Origin: Longimicrobiales bacterium
Lineage (GTDB): Bacteria; Gemmatimonadota; Gemmatimonadetes; Longimicrobiales; Gaopeijiaceae
Length of the DNA stretch: 64,000 nucleotides
NCBI GenBank assembly: GCA_963664435.2
Contig: CAXXKM010000001.1
Span: 1-64,000, forward strand
Reading direction: 5' to 3'
Part shown: positions 31,190 to 40,841 of the stretch, piece by piece
Layout: the number at the start of each line of letters is the position of its first letter
How positions within the stretch are numbered: position 1 is the stretch's first letter
Notes under the pieces: model-generated
Databases searched by the model: none
Told to the model about the DNA's origin: nothing
The model's input: only the letters and a program-made list of their open reading frames with translations
Made by a program: the position numbers and the translations under genes

Positions 31190-32575
31190 TCAGGATTCGT
31201 GCTGGCTGGAGTTCGAGGAACTCTTCTTCACCGGTCTGACCACGCAGCGATAGCCCTCGGCGCTCAGAACGCGGATGGCTTCGCCTTCGGAGATGAACTC
31301 CGAGTCGGCCACGACATCCACCCTCTCGTCGCCGAAGAGACCGGTCCCGGCAGGACGCAGGTCCGTGAGGGCCACGCCCTCCGACCCGATCAGATCCTCG
31401 CGCCTGCGGGCCGACTCGAAACCGTGTTCGCGGTCGGTGGCGTCCTTCAGCAGCAGGCCGGAGCGAGCGATGTGGCGGCTGCGCGGAAGGCGTCGCAGCA
31501 AGGCCCAGGAGGTCACCAGGATGATGACCAGGCTGAGCGAGACCACGGTGCTGGCCTGGGAAAAGTCCGCGGCGGTGGGCAGGCCGCCCAGCATGCTCAT
31601 GAATACGCCGCCCACGATGGCGGCGATGCCGAGCAGGCCGAAGATGCCGAAACCGGGGATCAGCAGGGCTTCCACGGCCAGGAGCCCGACACCGCCTCCC
31701 ACAAGGAGAAGATCGGTCCAGCCAGCCAGCCCGACGATCAGGTGCGAGCCGAAGTACGCCGTCAGGCAGAGGACGCCTACCAGCCCCGGCGCGCCGAGCC
31801 CGGGGCTGCGGATTTCGATGATGAGCCCCAGGAACCCCAGGGAGAGCAGGAACGGGGCGACGGTCGGGTGGGAGAGGAAGCGCACCAGGCGCTCGGACCA
31901 GTTGATCGTGTGCCTGCGGATGGGGGCTTCGCGGGCGTCGGCGACCTCCAGCACGGCGTCGAGGTCGTCCACCGCGCGCGCGTAGCCGAGCGCAACCGCC
32001 TCTTCGGTGGTAAGGGTGAGGAGCTGCCCCTCCTCCACCACGCCGGGGATGGCGATGGCCTCGTCGACCATGGCCTCGGCGACCGCCGGATCGAGCTCCG
32101 CGGCCTCCGCCAGCGCGCGCATCTCGCTGCGCATCGCCGAGACGATCTTCTCGCTGGCCTTCGCGCCCGAGCCGTCCACCGGGGTCGCGGCGCCGATGAC
32201 CGATCCGGGACGCATGAGGATCCCGTCGGTGGCGAGGGAAATCAGGGCGCCGGCGGAGAGCGCGCGGCGATTGACGTAGGCGTACACGGGGATGCCGGCG
32301 TCCGCGATGGCGTCGCCGATGCGCTCGGCGGCGTCCACGCGGCCCCCGGGGGTGTCGATGTCCAGCACCAGCGCCGCGGCGCCCTCCGCCTCGGCTTCGC
32401 GGATGGCCCGCTCGATGGAGGGCGCGAGACCGAGCTCGATCACGCCGGTGACCGGCACCACTACGACGGGTGCGCGGCCCCCGGGGTCCTGTGGGGTCTC
32501 GCCCGCGACGAATCCCAGACTCGCCCCGGCGGCTACGAAGATCCCGCCGGCCATCACACGCATTGACGTCTTCAC
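31190..32575 (-). CDS. nfeD: NfeD/YqeZ membrane-bound serine protease (ClpP-like + TM + OB domain)
   Basis: IDTPGGRVDAA, ALSAGALI, IGAATP, SEK, TDLRPAG, RVDVV; GTG start after AGGAGGAGG. Confidence 0.88.
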   Translation of the reverse strand: MKTSMRVMAGGIFVAAGASLGFVAGETPQDPGGRAPVVVVPVTGVIELGLAPSIERAIREAEAEGAAALVLDIDTPGGRVDAAERIGDAIADAGIPVYAYVNRRALSAGALISLATDGILMRPGSVIGAATPVDGSGAKASEKIVSAMRSEMRALAEAAELDPAVAEAMVDEAIAIPGVVEEGQLLTLTTEEAVALGYARAVDDLDAVLEVADAREAPIRRHTINWSERLVRFLSHPTVAPFLLSLGFLGLIIEIRSPGLGAPGLVGVLCLTAYFGSHLIVGLAGWTDLLLVGGGVGLLAVEALLIPGFGIFGLLGIAAIVGGVFMSMLGGLPTAADFSQASTVVSLSLVIILVTSWALLRRLPRSRHIARSGLLLKDATDREHGFESARRREDLIGSEGVALTDLRPAGTGLFGDERVDVVADSEFISEGEAIRVLSAEGYRCVVRPVKKSSSNSSQHES

Positions 32576-32919
32576 CAGTGTCGGCCCTCCTCCTCTTGCC
32601 GGCCTCCGAAACCCGCGGCTCTCCGCGTCGTCCTGTAATCCCCCGGTCCGCGCGCGCCGTTCCAGCAAGCTAGCGGTCCGTGGATGAATGCGCGCGCAAC
32701 GGAAGCGCCGTCTCCTCCCGCGCGCAACGCGACAAGGGACGGACCTGGCTGCGGCGTGCCCGACGGCCCGGACTCGAAACCGCACTTGCCCGCAGGGGCG
32801 CTCCCCGGCATGGTGGCGGTGTCCCGAAGCCATGTGGCCGGCCCGCGGTGGACCCGGCAATCTACTTGCCCACCCCGTTGCGCGCGCCGCCGTCCGATTC
32901 TCCCCACCCGAGATCAGCC

Positions 32920-35900
32920 ATGCGCATCATCGCCCGCTCCGCCAGACGCTCGCTCGCCGCTCTCGCGCTCCTGACCTGCGCGTTCCCGTTGCCGGCCCGC
33001 GCCCAGGTCTCCGTCGCCGACGCCCTCTCCGGCCTCTCCCTGCGGGAGATCGGGCCGGCGGTTGCGGGGGGCCGCATCGCCGACATCGAGGTGAACCCCG
33101 CCGACCGGTCCGTATGGTACGTGGCCGTGGGCTCGGGAGGCGTGTGGAAGACGACCAACGCGGGGGTCACCTGGACGCCCGTGTTCGACGACCAGCCCTC
33201 CTATTCCATCGGCGACCTCGCCCTCGACCCCGCGAATCCGGAGGTGGTGTGGGCGGGCACCGGTGAGAACGTGAGCGGCCGGCATGTGGCCTGGGGCTCG
33301 GGGCTCTACCGCAGCCGCGACGGGGGCGGCAGCTGGGAGCAGGTGGGCCTCGCCGACAGCGAGCACATCGGCAAGATCCTCATCCACCCGGATGACGGGA
33401 ACACCGTGCTGGTCGCGGCGGAGGGCCCGCTCTGGTCGGCCGGAGGGGAGCGGGGCGTCTACCGGACCCGCGACGGGGGCGAGAGCTGGCAGCAGGTATT
33501 GGCCCTCGACGAGCACACCGGGGTGACCGACATCGAGTTCGCTCCCGGGAATCCGGACGTCGTGTACGCCGCGGCCTTCCAGCGCCGGCGCCACGTCTGG
33601 GGGTACATGGCGGGCGGTCCGTCGTCGGGCATCCACAAGTCGACCGACGGCGGCGAGAGCTGGCGCGAGGTGACGCGCGGCCTCCCCTCGGGCGACATGG
33701 GCAAGATCGGACTCGCCGTCACGCCCGCCGACCCGGACATCGTCTACGCCACCATCGAAGCGAACGACGAGGAGCGCGGCTTCTACCGCTCCACCGACCA
33801 GGGCGAGAGCTGGGAGAAGCGCAACTCCTACATCTCCGGGGGCACGGGCCCGCACTACTACCAGGAGATCGAAGCCTCCCCCACCGACGCCGATCTGGTG
33901 ATCCAGATGGACGTCTTTTACCAGATCACGCGCGACGGCGGGGCCACGTTCGCGACCCTGGGCACCGGCCGCGAGAAGCACTCCGACAACCACGCCCTCT
34001 GGTTCGACCCCGAGGACACGCGGCACATGCTGGCCGGCACCGACGCGGGACTCTACGAGACCTTCGACGAGGGCGAGACCTGGCGCCACTTCCCCAACAT
34101 GCCCATCTCGCAGTTCTACAAGGTCGCGCTCTCCAACCGCGAGCCGTTCTTCGAGATCCTCGGCGGGGCGCAGGACCTCGGGACGCTGTGGGGGCCCTCG
34201 CGCACGACCCACGTCGAGGGGGTGCGCAACTCGGACTGGTATTTCCCCATGGGCGCGGACGGTTACGGGGTGCAGTTCGATCCCTCGGACCCGGACATCC
34301 TCTATCTGATGACGCAGGTGGGGAACCTGTACCGGGTCGATCGGCGGAGCGACGAGGCCATCCAGATCCAGCCCCAGCCCGAAGTCGGGGATCCGCCGGA
34401 GCGCTGGAACTGGGATTCCCCCATCCTGGTGAGCCCGCACTCCACGAGCCGCCTCTATTTCGCGTCGCAGCGCCTCTGGAGGAGCGAGGACCGGGGCGAT
34501 TCCTGGACCGCGATCAGCGGCGACCTGACCACCGACACCAACCGCTACGAGCTGCCCTTCATGGGCCGGGTGTGGGAGCTCGACGCGCTGCACGACAACG
34601 GCGCGATGTCGATGTACGCGACCATTACCTCGATCAGCGAGAGCCCGGTTCAGGAGGATGCGCTGTACGTGGGCACCGACGACGGGCTGATCCACTTCAG
34701 TCCCGACGCAGGTGGAAGCTGGAGCCGCGCGACGGAGCTGCCGGGGGTTCCCGAGCGCTCGTTCATCAACGATGTCGAGGCCGGCCAGCACGACGCCGCG
34801 ACGGTGTTCGCGGTGGCGGACGCGCACAAGACCGGCGACTACTCGCCCTACGTCTTCCGGAGCGACGACAACGGGCAGAGCTGGTCGTCCATCTCCGGGG
34901 ACCTCGAGGATGGAACCATCGCGTGGGCGATCCAGCAGGACCATGAAAACCAGGATCTGCTCTTCCTCGCGGCGGAGTGGGGCCTCTACTTCTCGCCCAA
35001 CGGAGGCGCCAACTGGCACCGGCTGCCGGGCGCGCCCACCATCGCGTTCCGCGACCTGAAGCTTCACCGGCGAGACGAGGACGTCGTGGGCGCCACCTTC
35101 GGGCGAGGCTTCTACGTGCTGGACGACTACAGCCCGCTGCGCGAGATGGCGGGCGGGGCGCTGGAGGCGGAGGATGGCGCGGGGATGTGGCCGGTGCGCG
35201 ACGCCTGGTGGTACATCCCCAGCGTTCCCAACCAGGCTCCCGGGCGCCCGACGCTCGGAACCGACGCCTACTCGGCGCCCAACCCTCCCTTCGGCGCCAC
35301 GCTCACCTACCTCCTCCCCGTGGTGCCTTCGACCGCCGAGGCTCAACGCGAAGAGCGGGAGCGCGAGATGCGCGAGCTGGGCACCGACGTGCCCTTCCCC
35401 GGATACGAGACCCTGCGCGCCGAAGCCGCCGAGAGCGGGCCCAGGGCACTGGTCCGGGTGTCGGACGCGAACGGCGAGCCCGTGCGCTGGGTGGAGGGTC
35501 CCGCGCGCGCCGGAGTGCACCGCATCGCCTGGGATCTGCGGAGACCCGCACCCAACCCCATAGACCTCTCCACCCCCGGCTTCATCCCCCCGTGGGCGTC
35601 CGCTCCGGCCGGGCCGCTGGCGCCACCCGGCGAGTACTCGGCGCAGCTGGTGCTCGTCACCGCCGACGGCGTGGAGGAGATCGGCGGGGCACGGAGCTTC
35701 CAGGTCAAGCCGGTTCCGAGCGCGCCTCCGGGCACCGACTTCGTGGCGGTGGCGGCCTTTCAGCAGCGCGTAAGCGAACTGCAGCGGCGCATCGGGGTGG
35801 CCGGTTCCGAACTCGGACGCCAATCGGGGCGGCTCGGCTACATGCGCGCCGCGCTGCTGCGCACACCCGCCGCGGGCGCCGAACTCTTCGGCCGCATCGA

Positions 35901-36210
35901 CGAGGTCGAGCAGGCCCTCGCCGGCATCCGCCTGCGGCTCCAGGGCGACCAGCTGCGCGGATCTCTCAACGAGCCCGGCGTACCGTCGGTCGCCAACCGG
36001 GTGGGCAACGTCGCGGGAGGTCACGGGCAGACGCGCCAGAATCCGACCGCGACCCAGCGGCGCAACATCGAGATCGCCGAGGGGGACCTCGCGGGCCTCG
36101 AGCGCGACCTCGCCGGCATCATCGAGGGGCCGCTGGCCGAGTTGGAGGAGGCGCTGGCCGCCGCAGGTGCACCCTGGACGCCGGGACGCCAGATCGGTCC
36201 ATCGCGCTGA
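32920..36210 (+). CDS. Exported VPS10/BNR(Asp-box)-repeat glycosyl hydrolase-like protein
   Basis: Signal peptide ending ARA-Q; REIGPAVAGGRI; many S/TxDGGxSW Asp-boxes; C-terminal coiled-coil. Confidence 0.85.
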   Translation: MRIIARSARRSLAALALLTCAFPLPARAQVSVADALSGLSLREIGPAVAGGRIADIEVNPADRSVWYVAVGSGGVWKTTNAGVTWTPVFDDQPSYSIGDLALDPANPEVVWAGTGENVSGRHVAWGSGLYRSRDGGGSWEQVGLADSEHIGKILIHPDDGNTVLVAAEGPLWSAGGERGVYRTRDGGESWQQVLALDEHTGVTDIEFAPGNPDVVYAAAFQRRRHVWGYMAGGPSSGIHKSTDGGESWREVTRGLPSGDMGKIGLAVTPADPDIVYATIEANDEERGFYRSTDQGESWEKRNSYISGGTGPHYYQEIEASPTDADLVIQMDVFYQITRDGGATFATLGTGREKHSDNHALWFDPEDTRHMLAGTDAGLYETFDEGETWRHFPNMPISQFYKVALSNREPFFEILGGAQDLGTLWGPSRTTHVEGVRNSDWYFPMGADGYGVQFDPSDPDILYLMTQVGNLYRVDRRSDEAIQIQPQPEVGDPPERWNWDSPILVSPHSTSRLYFASQRLWRSEDRGDSWTAISGDLTTDTNRYELPFMGRVWELDALHDNGAMSMYATITSISESPVQEDALYVGTDDGLIHFSPDAGGSWSRATELPGVPERSFINDVEAGQHDAATVFAVADAHKTGDYSPYVFRSDDNGQSWSSISGDLEDGTIAWAIQQDHENQDLLFLAAEWGLYFSPNGGANWHRLPGAPTIAFRDLKLHRRDEDVVGATFGRGFYVLDDYSPLREMAGGALEAEDGAGMWPVRDAWWYIPSVPNQAPGRPTLGTDAYSAPNPPFGATLTYLLPVVPSTAEAQREEREREMRELGTDVPFPGYETLRAEAAESGPRALVRVSDANGEPVRWVEGPARAGVHRIAWDLRRPAPNPIDLSTPGFIPPWASAPAGPLAPPGEYSAQLVLVTADGVEEIGGARSFQVKPVPSAPPGTDFVAVAAFQQRVSELQRRIGVAGSELGRQSGRLGYMRAALLRTPAAGAELFGRIDEVEQALAGIRLRLQGDQLRGSLNEPGVPSVANRVGNVAGGHGQTRQNPTATQRRNIEIAEGDLAGLERDLAGIIEGPLAELEEALAAAGAPWTPGRQIGPSR

Positions 36211-36230
36211 GGGCGCCGCTGCGGACAGTC

Positions 36231-36293
36231 CGTCGGGTACCCCGGAGCACGGCATGGCCGCTCCGGCATTGAGCCCGGCGTCGGGTACCCCGG
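36231..36293. repeat. 15-bp direct repeat CGTCGGGTACCCCGG, 2 copies 48 bp apart
   Basis: Exact copies at 36231-36245 and 36279-36293 containing palindrome GGGTACCC. Confidence 0.7.
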
Positions 36294-36361
36294 CCGATCC
36301 GGGCTTCCACCGCCGGAGCGCGGCGGCCCCTCCATGGGTCCCCGCACCGGAGCCCTGACAC

Positions 36362-36367
36362 TATAAT
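36362..36367 (+). promoter_or_regulatory. Consensus -10 element of the beta-oxidation operon
   Basis: Perfect TATAAT about 50 bp upstream of ATG 36420 in a very GC-rich context. Confidence 0.6.
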
Positions 36368-36419
36368 TGTGCCGCCGATGCCCAGATTCCACCGCACCAT
36401 CCATCAGGGAGAAACCCGA

Positions 36420-37220
36420 ATGACCGACCAGACCCTGGTCCACTACGACGTCCAGGACGGAGTCTGCCTCCTGACCCTCGACGATCCTCCGGCCAACACC
36501 TACACCTACGCCATGATGCAGCAGCTCGACGCCTGCATCCTGCGGGCGCGCATGGACGAGGACGCGCACGTCATCGTGCTCACCGGCAAGGGCGAGAAGT
36601 TCTTCAGCGCGGGCGCCAGCATCCAGATGCTCAACGAGGTGACGCCGACCTTCAAGTACTTCTTCTGCCTTCACGCCAACGAGACGCTCAACCGCCTCGA
36701 GCACACCCCGAAGCTCACCATCGGCGCGCTCAACGGGCACACGGTGGGCGGCGGGCTCGAGATCGCGATGGCCTGCGATCTGCGGGTTGCACGCGCCGGC
36801 GGTTCCCGGGTCGGGCTCCCGGAGATCAACCTGGGCGTGCTGCCGGGCACCGGTGGCACCCAGCGGCTGGCGCGCCTGGTCGGCAAGTCGCGCTCCATCG
36901 AGATGATGACCACGGGCCAGCTCTTCGGCTTTGCCGAGGCCCTCGACCACGGCATCATCAACCGCGTGATCGAGGCCGACTCCGGCGAGGACTTCATGGC
37001 GAAGGTTCTGGATTTCGCGGGTCGGTTCACGCCGCCGACAAAGGCATCGAAGGCGGTGGGCCTGATCAAGAGGTCGGTGCAGACCGGGGCCGAGATCCCG
37101 TTCGAGACCGGGCTGGCCGTCGAGCGGGAGCTCCAGCAGCAGCTCTTCCAGAGCGAGGATGCCGCCGAGGGCATCGCCGCCTACGTCGAGAAGCGCCGCG
37201 CCAACTTCCAGGGCAGATAG
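36420..37220 (+). CDS. Enoyl-CoA hydratase/isomerase (crotonase) family protein
   Basis: FSAGA, NGHTVGGGLEIAMACD, GLPEINLGVLPGTGGTQRL; GGGAGA SD. Confidence 0.88.
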   Translation: MTDQTLVHYDVQDGVCLLTLDDPPANTYTYAMMQQLDACILRARMDEDAHVIVLTGKGEKFFSAGASIQMLNEVTPTFKYFFCLHANETLNRLEHTPKLTIGALNGHTVGGGLEIAMACDLRVARAGGSRVGLPEINLGVLPGTGGTQRLARLVGKSRSIEMMTTGQLFGFAEALDHGIINRVIEADSGEDFMAKVLDFAGRFTPPTKASKAVGLIKRSVQTGAEIPFETGLAVERELQQQLFQSEDAAEGIAAYVEKRRANFQGR

Positions 37221-37223
37221 GCG

Positions 37224-38681
37224 ATGAGCGACGTGTCCGCACGCGGCCTCTGGATCGACAACGAGAGTGTGCCCTCCGCCTCCGGGGGCACCTTCACCAC
37301 CACCAACCCCGCGACCGGCGAGGTGCTCGCCGAGGTGGCGGAGGGAACCGCGGAGGACGTGGGGCGGGCTGTGGAGTCCGCGCACGCGGCGCTCGCGTCG
37401 AAGGCCTGGAGGCGCACCGATGCCCACAAGCGCTCGCGGCTGCTCTGGCGACTGGCCGACCTGATCGAGCGCGACGCCCAGGCGATCGCGGAGACGGAGA
37501 CCCGCGACAACGGCAAGCCCATCTTCGAGTCGCGCTACGTCGACGTGCCGAGCGTGGTGGAGAACTTCCGCTATTTCGCCGGGCTGGCCGACAAGATCCA
37601 GGGCGAGACCATCCCGGTGAAAGGGCCGTTCCTGAACTACACGCTGCGCGAGCCGGTGGGGGTGGTCGGGTGCATCGTGCCGTGGAATTTCCCGCTCTCG
37701 CTCGCGACCTGGAAGGTGGCCCCGGCGCTGGCGTGCGGGAACGCGGTGGTGCTGAAGCCGGCCATGGAGACGCCGCTCACGGCCCTGCTGCTGGGCGAGT
37801 TGGCTGCGGAGGCGGGCTTTCCGCCGGGCATTCTGAACGTCGTCCCCGGACGCGGCACGCGGGCGGGCGCGGCCATGGTGCGCCATCCCGGCGTGGACGC
37901 CATCGCCTTCACAGGCTCGACCGAGGTGGGCAAGACCATCATGCGGGAGGCGGCGGACACGCTGAAGAAGGTCTCTCTCGAGCTCGGCGGCAAATCGCCC
38001 AACATCGTCTTCGCGGACGCCGACCTGGGCAGCGCCGTGCGCGGAGCGAACACCGGCATCTTTTATGGAAAGGGCGAGGTGTGCGCGGCGGGCTCCCGCA
38101 TCCTGGTGCAGGAAGGGGTCTACGAGGAGTTCCTCGACGGACTGGCCGCCCGCGCGAACAGGATGGCCGTCGGCGATCCCATGGGCCCCAGGACGCGCAT
38201 GGGGGCGATCGTCAGCCGCAGGCAGCAAGAGGTGGTGCTCGGCTACATCGATGCCGGCAAGGCCGACGGCGCCCGACTGGTGGCGGGGGGCAAGGCCGCC
38301 ACGGTGAACGGCAAGGGCAACTTCGTGCAGGCGACCATCTTCGCGGACGTCACCCCGGAGATGCGCATCGCGCAGGAGGAGATCTTCGGGCCGGTGGCGG
38401 CGGTGATCCCCTTCACCGACACGGCCGACGCCGTCGAGAAGGCCAACCAGACGATCTACGGGCTCGCGGCCGGGATCTGGACCCGCGACGTGGGCCGGGC
38501 GCACCGCATCGCCCGGGAAATCCGTGCCGGAACCGTGTGGATCAACACCTACAACCAGTACGACTCCGGGTCGCCCTTCGGCGGGTACAAGCAGAGCGGG
38601 TTCGGCCGCGACCTGGGCTACCAGGCGGCGCTCGACAAGTACACCCAGGTAAAGAGCGTGTGGGTGGCGCTGGACGGATGA
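37224..38681 (+). CDS. NAD-dependent aldehyde dehydrogenase
   Basis: PWNFP, FTGSTEVG, ELGGKS, GEVCAAGS, EEIFGPV, PFGGYKQSG. Confidence 0.92.
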   Translation: MSDVSARGLWIDNESVPSASGGTFTTTNPATGEVLAEVAEGTAEDVGRAVESAHAALASKAWRRTDAHKRSRLLWRLADLIERDAQAIAETETRDNGKPIFESRYVDVPSVVENFRYFAGLADKIQGETIPVKGPFLNYTLREPVGVVGCIVPWNFPLSLATWKVAPALACGNAVVLKPAMETPLTALLLGELAAEAGFPPGILNVVPGRGTRAGAAMVRHPGVDAIAFTGSTEVGKTIMREAADTLKKVSLELGGKSPNIVFADADLGSAVRGANTGIFYGKGEVCAAGSRILVQEGVYEEFLDGLAARANRMAVGDPMGPRTRMGAIVSRRQQEVVLGYIDAGKADGARLVAGGKAATVNGKGNFVQATIFADVTPEMRIAQEEIFGPVAAVIPFTDTADAVEKANQTIYGLAAGIWTRDVGRAHRIAREIRAGTVWINTYNQYDSGSPFGGYKQSGFGRDLGYQAALDKYTQVKSVWVALDG

Positions 38682-38751
38682 GGAGCCGCAGGTCGGATGA
38701 CGGCGGTTGTCGGATGAGGGCGGTGCACGGATGAGGGAGCAGGCCAAATGA
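38675..38751 (+). repeat. Imperfect 17-19 bp tandem repeat with CGGATGA core
   Basis: CGGATGA at 38675, 38694, 38711, 38728; a fifth ATGA at 38748 continues the 17-bp period. Confidence 0.75.
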
Positions 38752-39944
38752 AGCGAGCGGTCATCGTCGATGCCGTCCGAACCCCGATAGGACGGCACGG
38801 GGGCGCACTCGCCGCGGTGCGCCCGGACGACCTCGCGGCCGGGGTGATCCGCGCCCTGGTCGACCGCAACGGGCTCGACCCGGCCGGCGTCGACGACGTG
38901 ATCTTCGGGTGCACCAACCAAGCCGGCGAGGACAACCGCAACGTCGCCCGCATGGGGCTGCTGCGGGCGGAGCTGCCGGTCACGGTGCCCGGGCAGACCG
39001 TCAACCGGCTGTGCGGCTCCGGGCTCCAGGCAGTCGACGGCGCCTTCCACGCCATCGCGGCCGGCGAGGGCGAGGTGTTCATCGCCGGCGGCGTGGAGAG
39101 CATGAGCCGGGCGCCCTGGGTCATGCTGAAACCGTCCATGGGGTACCCGCGCGGCACCCCCGCCGTGGCCGACACCGTGCTGGGCTGGCGCTTCCCCAAC
39201 CCCGCCTTCACCCCCGAGTGGACCATCGGGCTGGGGCAGACCGCCGAGGTGGTGGCGCGGGAGTTCGGGGTAACCCGCGAGGAGCAGGACGCCTTCGCCG
39301 CCGAAAGCCAGGCGCGCGCCCAGCGTGCCATCGAGGGGGACCGCTTCCGCGACGAACTGGTGCCGGTCGAGGTCCCGAAGCGGAAGGGCGGGCCGGTTCC
39401 GGTCGACACCGACGAGCACCCGCGCGCCGGAGTGACCACCGAGTCGCTGGCCCGGCTTCGCCCCGTCTTCGAGAAGGGCGGGACGGTCACGGCGGGCAAC
39501 TCGTCGGGCATCAACGACGGAGCGGCCGCGCTGCTGGTCATGGAGGAGGATCGCGCGCGCGGTCTGGGCCTCGCCCCGATGGGCCGCATCCGCGCGAGCG
39601 CGGTGGTCGGAGTGGAGCCCCAACGCATGGGAATCGGGCCGGTTCCCGCCACCCAAAGAGCATTCCGGCGCGCCGGCATCGGCCCCGGAGACGTCGAACT
39701 GGCCGAGGTCAACGAAGCCTTCGCCGCGCAGGCCATCCCTTGTCTGCGCCTCCTCGAACTCGACCCGGAGCGGGTCAACGTGAACGGGGGGGCGATCGCG
39801 CTCGGGCACCCCGTGGGCTGCTCGGGGGCGCGCATCCTTTGCACGCTGGTGCACGAGATGGTGAAGCGCGGCAGCGGGGTCGGGCTCGCCACCATGTGCA
39901 TCGGGGTCGGCCAGGGGATCGCCACCGTGGTCACGGCGGAATAG
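38748..39944 (+). CDS. Thiolase, PaaJ/PcaF (3-oxoadipyl-CoA thiolase) type
   Basis: RTPIGR, VRPDDL, NQAGEDNRNVARM, NRLCGSG, NEAFA, GAIALGHP, CIGVGQG. Confidence 0.9.
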   Translation: MKRAVIVDAVRTPIGRHGGALAAVRPDDLAAGVIRALVDRNGLDPAGVDDVIFGCTNQAGEDNRNVARMGLLRAELPVTVPGQTVNRLCGSGLQAVDGAFHAIAAGEGEVFIAGGVESMSRAPWVMLKPSMGYPRGTPAVADTVLGWRFPNPAFTPEWTIGLGQTAEVVAREFGVTREEQDAFAAESQARAQRAIEGDRFRDELVPVEVPKRKGGPVPVDTDEHPRAGVTTESLARLRPVFEKGGTVTAGNSSGINDGAAALLVMEEDRARGLGLAPMGRIRASAVVGVEPQRMGIGPVPATQRAFRRAGIGPGDVELAEVNEAFAAQAIPCLRLLELDPERVNVNGGAIALGHPVGCSGARILCTLVHEMVKRGSGVGLATMCIGVGQGIATVVTAE

Positions 39945-39968
39945 CAGCCCGTGGACTGCCCGCGCCGA

Positions 39969-40841
39969 ATGGCCAACCGGATCGAGCGCGTCACCGTCCT
40001 GGGCGCCGGGGTCATGGGTCACGGCATCGCCCAGGTGGCGGCCATGGCCGGGCACCGGGTCACCCTCCACGACCCCGACGCGGCGGCCGCCGACCGCGGC
40101 CTGGCCCGCATCCGCGCCAACCTGGACAAGGGCGTCTCTCTCGGAAAGGTGCGCGAGGAGGAGCGGGCGGAGGCACTCGACCGCATCTCCCCGGAACCGT
40201 CGCTGGCGGCCGCTTGCGAACGGGCGGACCTGGTGGTGGAGGCCGCCCCCGAGCGCATGGAGATGAAGCGGAGCCTCTTCCGGGACGTGGAGGCCGCCGC
40301 TCCCCCCTCGGCGCTGCTGGCCACCAACACCTCCTCCCTCAGCATCGACGCGATCGCCGAGGTGCTCGCCGAGCCGGAGCGCTTCCTCGGGCTGCACTTC
40401 TTCAACCCCGTGCACCTGATGGCGCTGGTGGAAGTCGTGCGCGGCAGCCGCACCGGCGAAGCCACGCTGGACGCGGGCGTCGCATTCGCGCGCGGCCTCG
40501 GAAAGGACCCCATCGTCGTCCGCGACGCTCCCGGCTTCGCTTCCTCGCGGCTCGGCGTGGCCCTGGGGCTCGAGGCCATGCGCATGGTGGAAGAGGACGT
40601 GGCCGAGCCCGCGGACATCGACAAGGCGATGGTGCTGGGCTACCGGCACCCCATGGGGCCGCTCCGCCTCACCGACCTGGTGGGGCTCGACGTGCGCCTG
40701 GCCATCGCCGAGTACCTGCATGAGAAGCTGGGCGGGGAGCGGTACCGTCCCCCCGCCATCTTGCGGCGCATGGTGGAAGAGGGGAAGCTCGGAAGGAAGA
40801 CGGGAGAGGGTTTCTACCGCTGGGACAAGGGGGGACGTTGA
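39969..40841 (+). CDS. 3-hydroxyacyl-CoA dehydrogenase
   Basis: GAGVMGHGIA, EAAPE, ATNTSSL, HFFNPV, HPMGPL..DLVGLD, GRKTGEGFY. Confidence 0.92.
   Translation: MANRIERVTVLGAGVMGHGIAQVAAMAGHRVTLHDPDAAAADRGLARIRANLDKGVSLGKVREEERAEALDRISPEPSLAAACERADLVVEAAPERMEMKRSLFRDVEAAAPPSALLATNTSSLSIDAIAEVLAEPERFLGLHFFNPVHLMALVEVVRGSRTGEATLDAGVAFARGLGKDPIVVRDAPGFASSRLGVALGLEAMRMVEEDVAEPADIDKAMVLGYRHPMGPLRLTDLVGLDVRLAIAEYLHEKLGGERYRPPAILRRMVEEGKLGRKTGEGFYRWDKGGR

Noticed and set aside
36021..40721. 1566-aa minus-strand ORF and similar long antisense ORFs (12938-15808, 32914-36255, 8578-10503)
   Set aside because: Shadow ORFs opposite well-supported genes, expected from high-GC codon bias; no recognisable motifs
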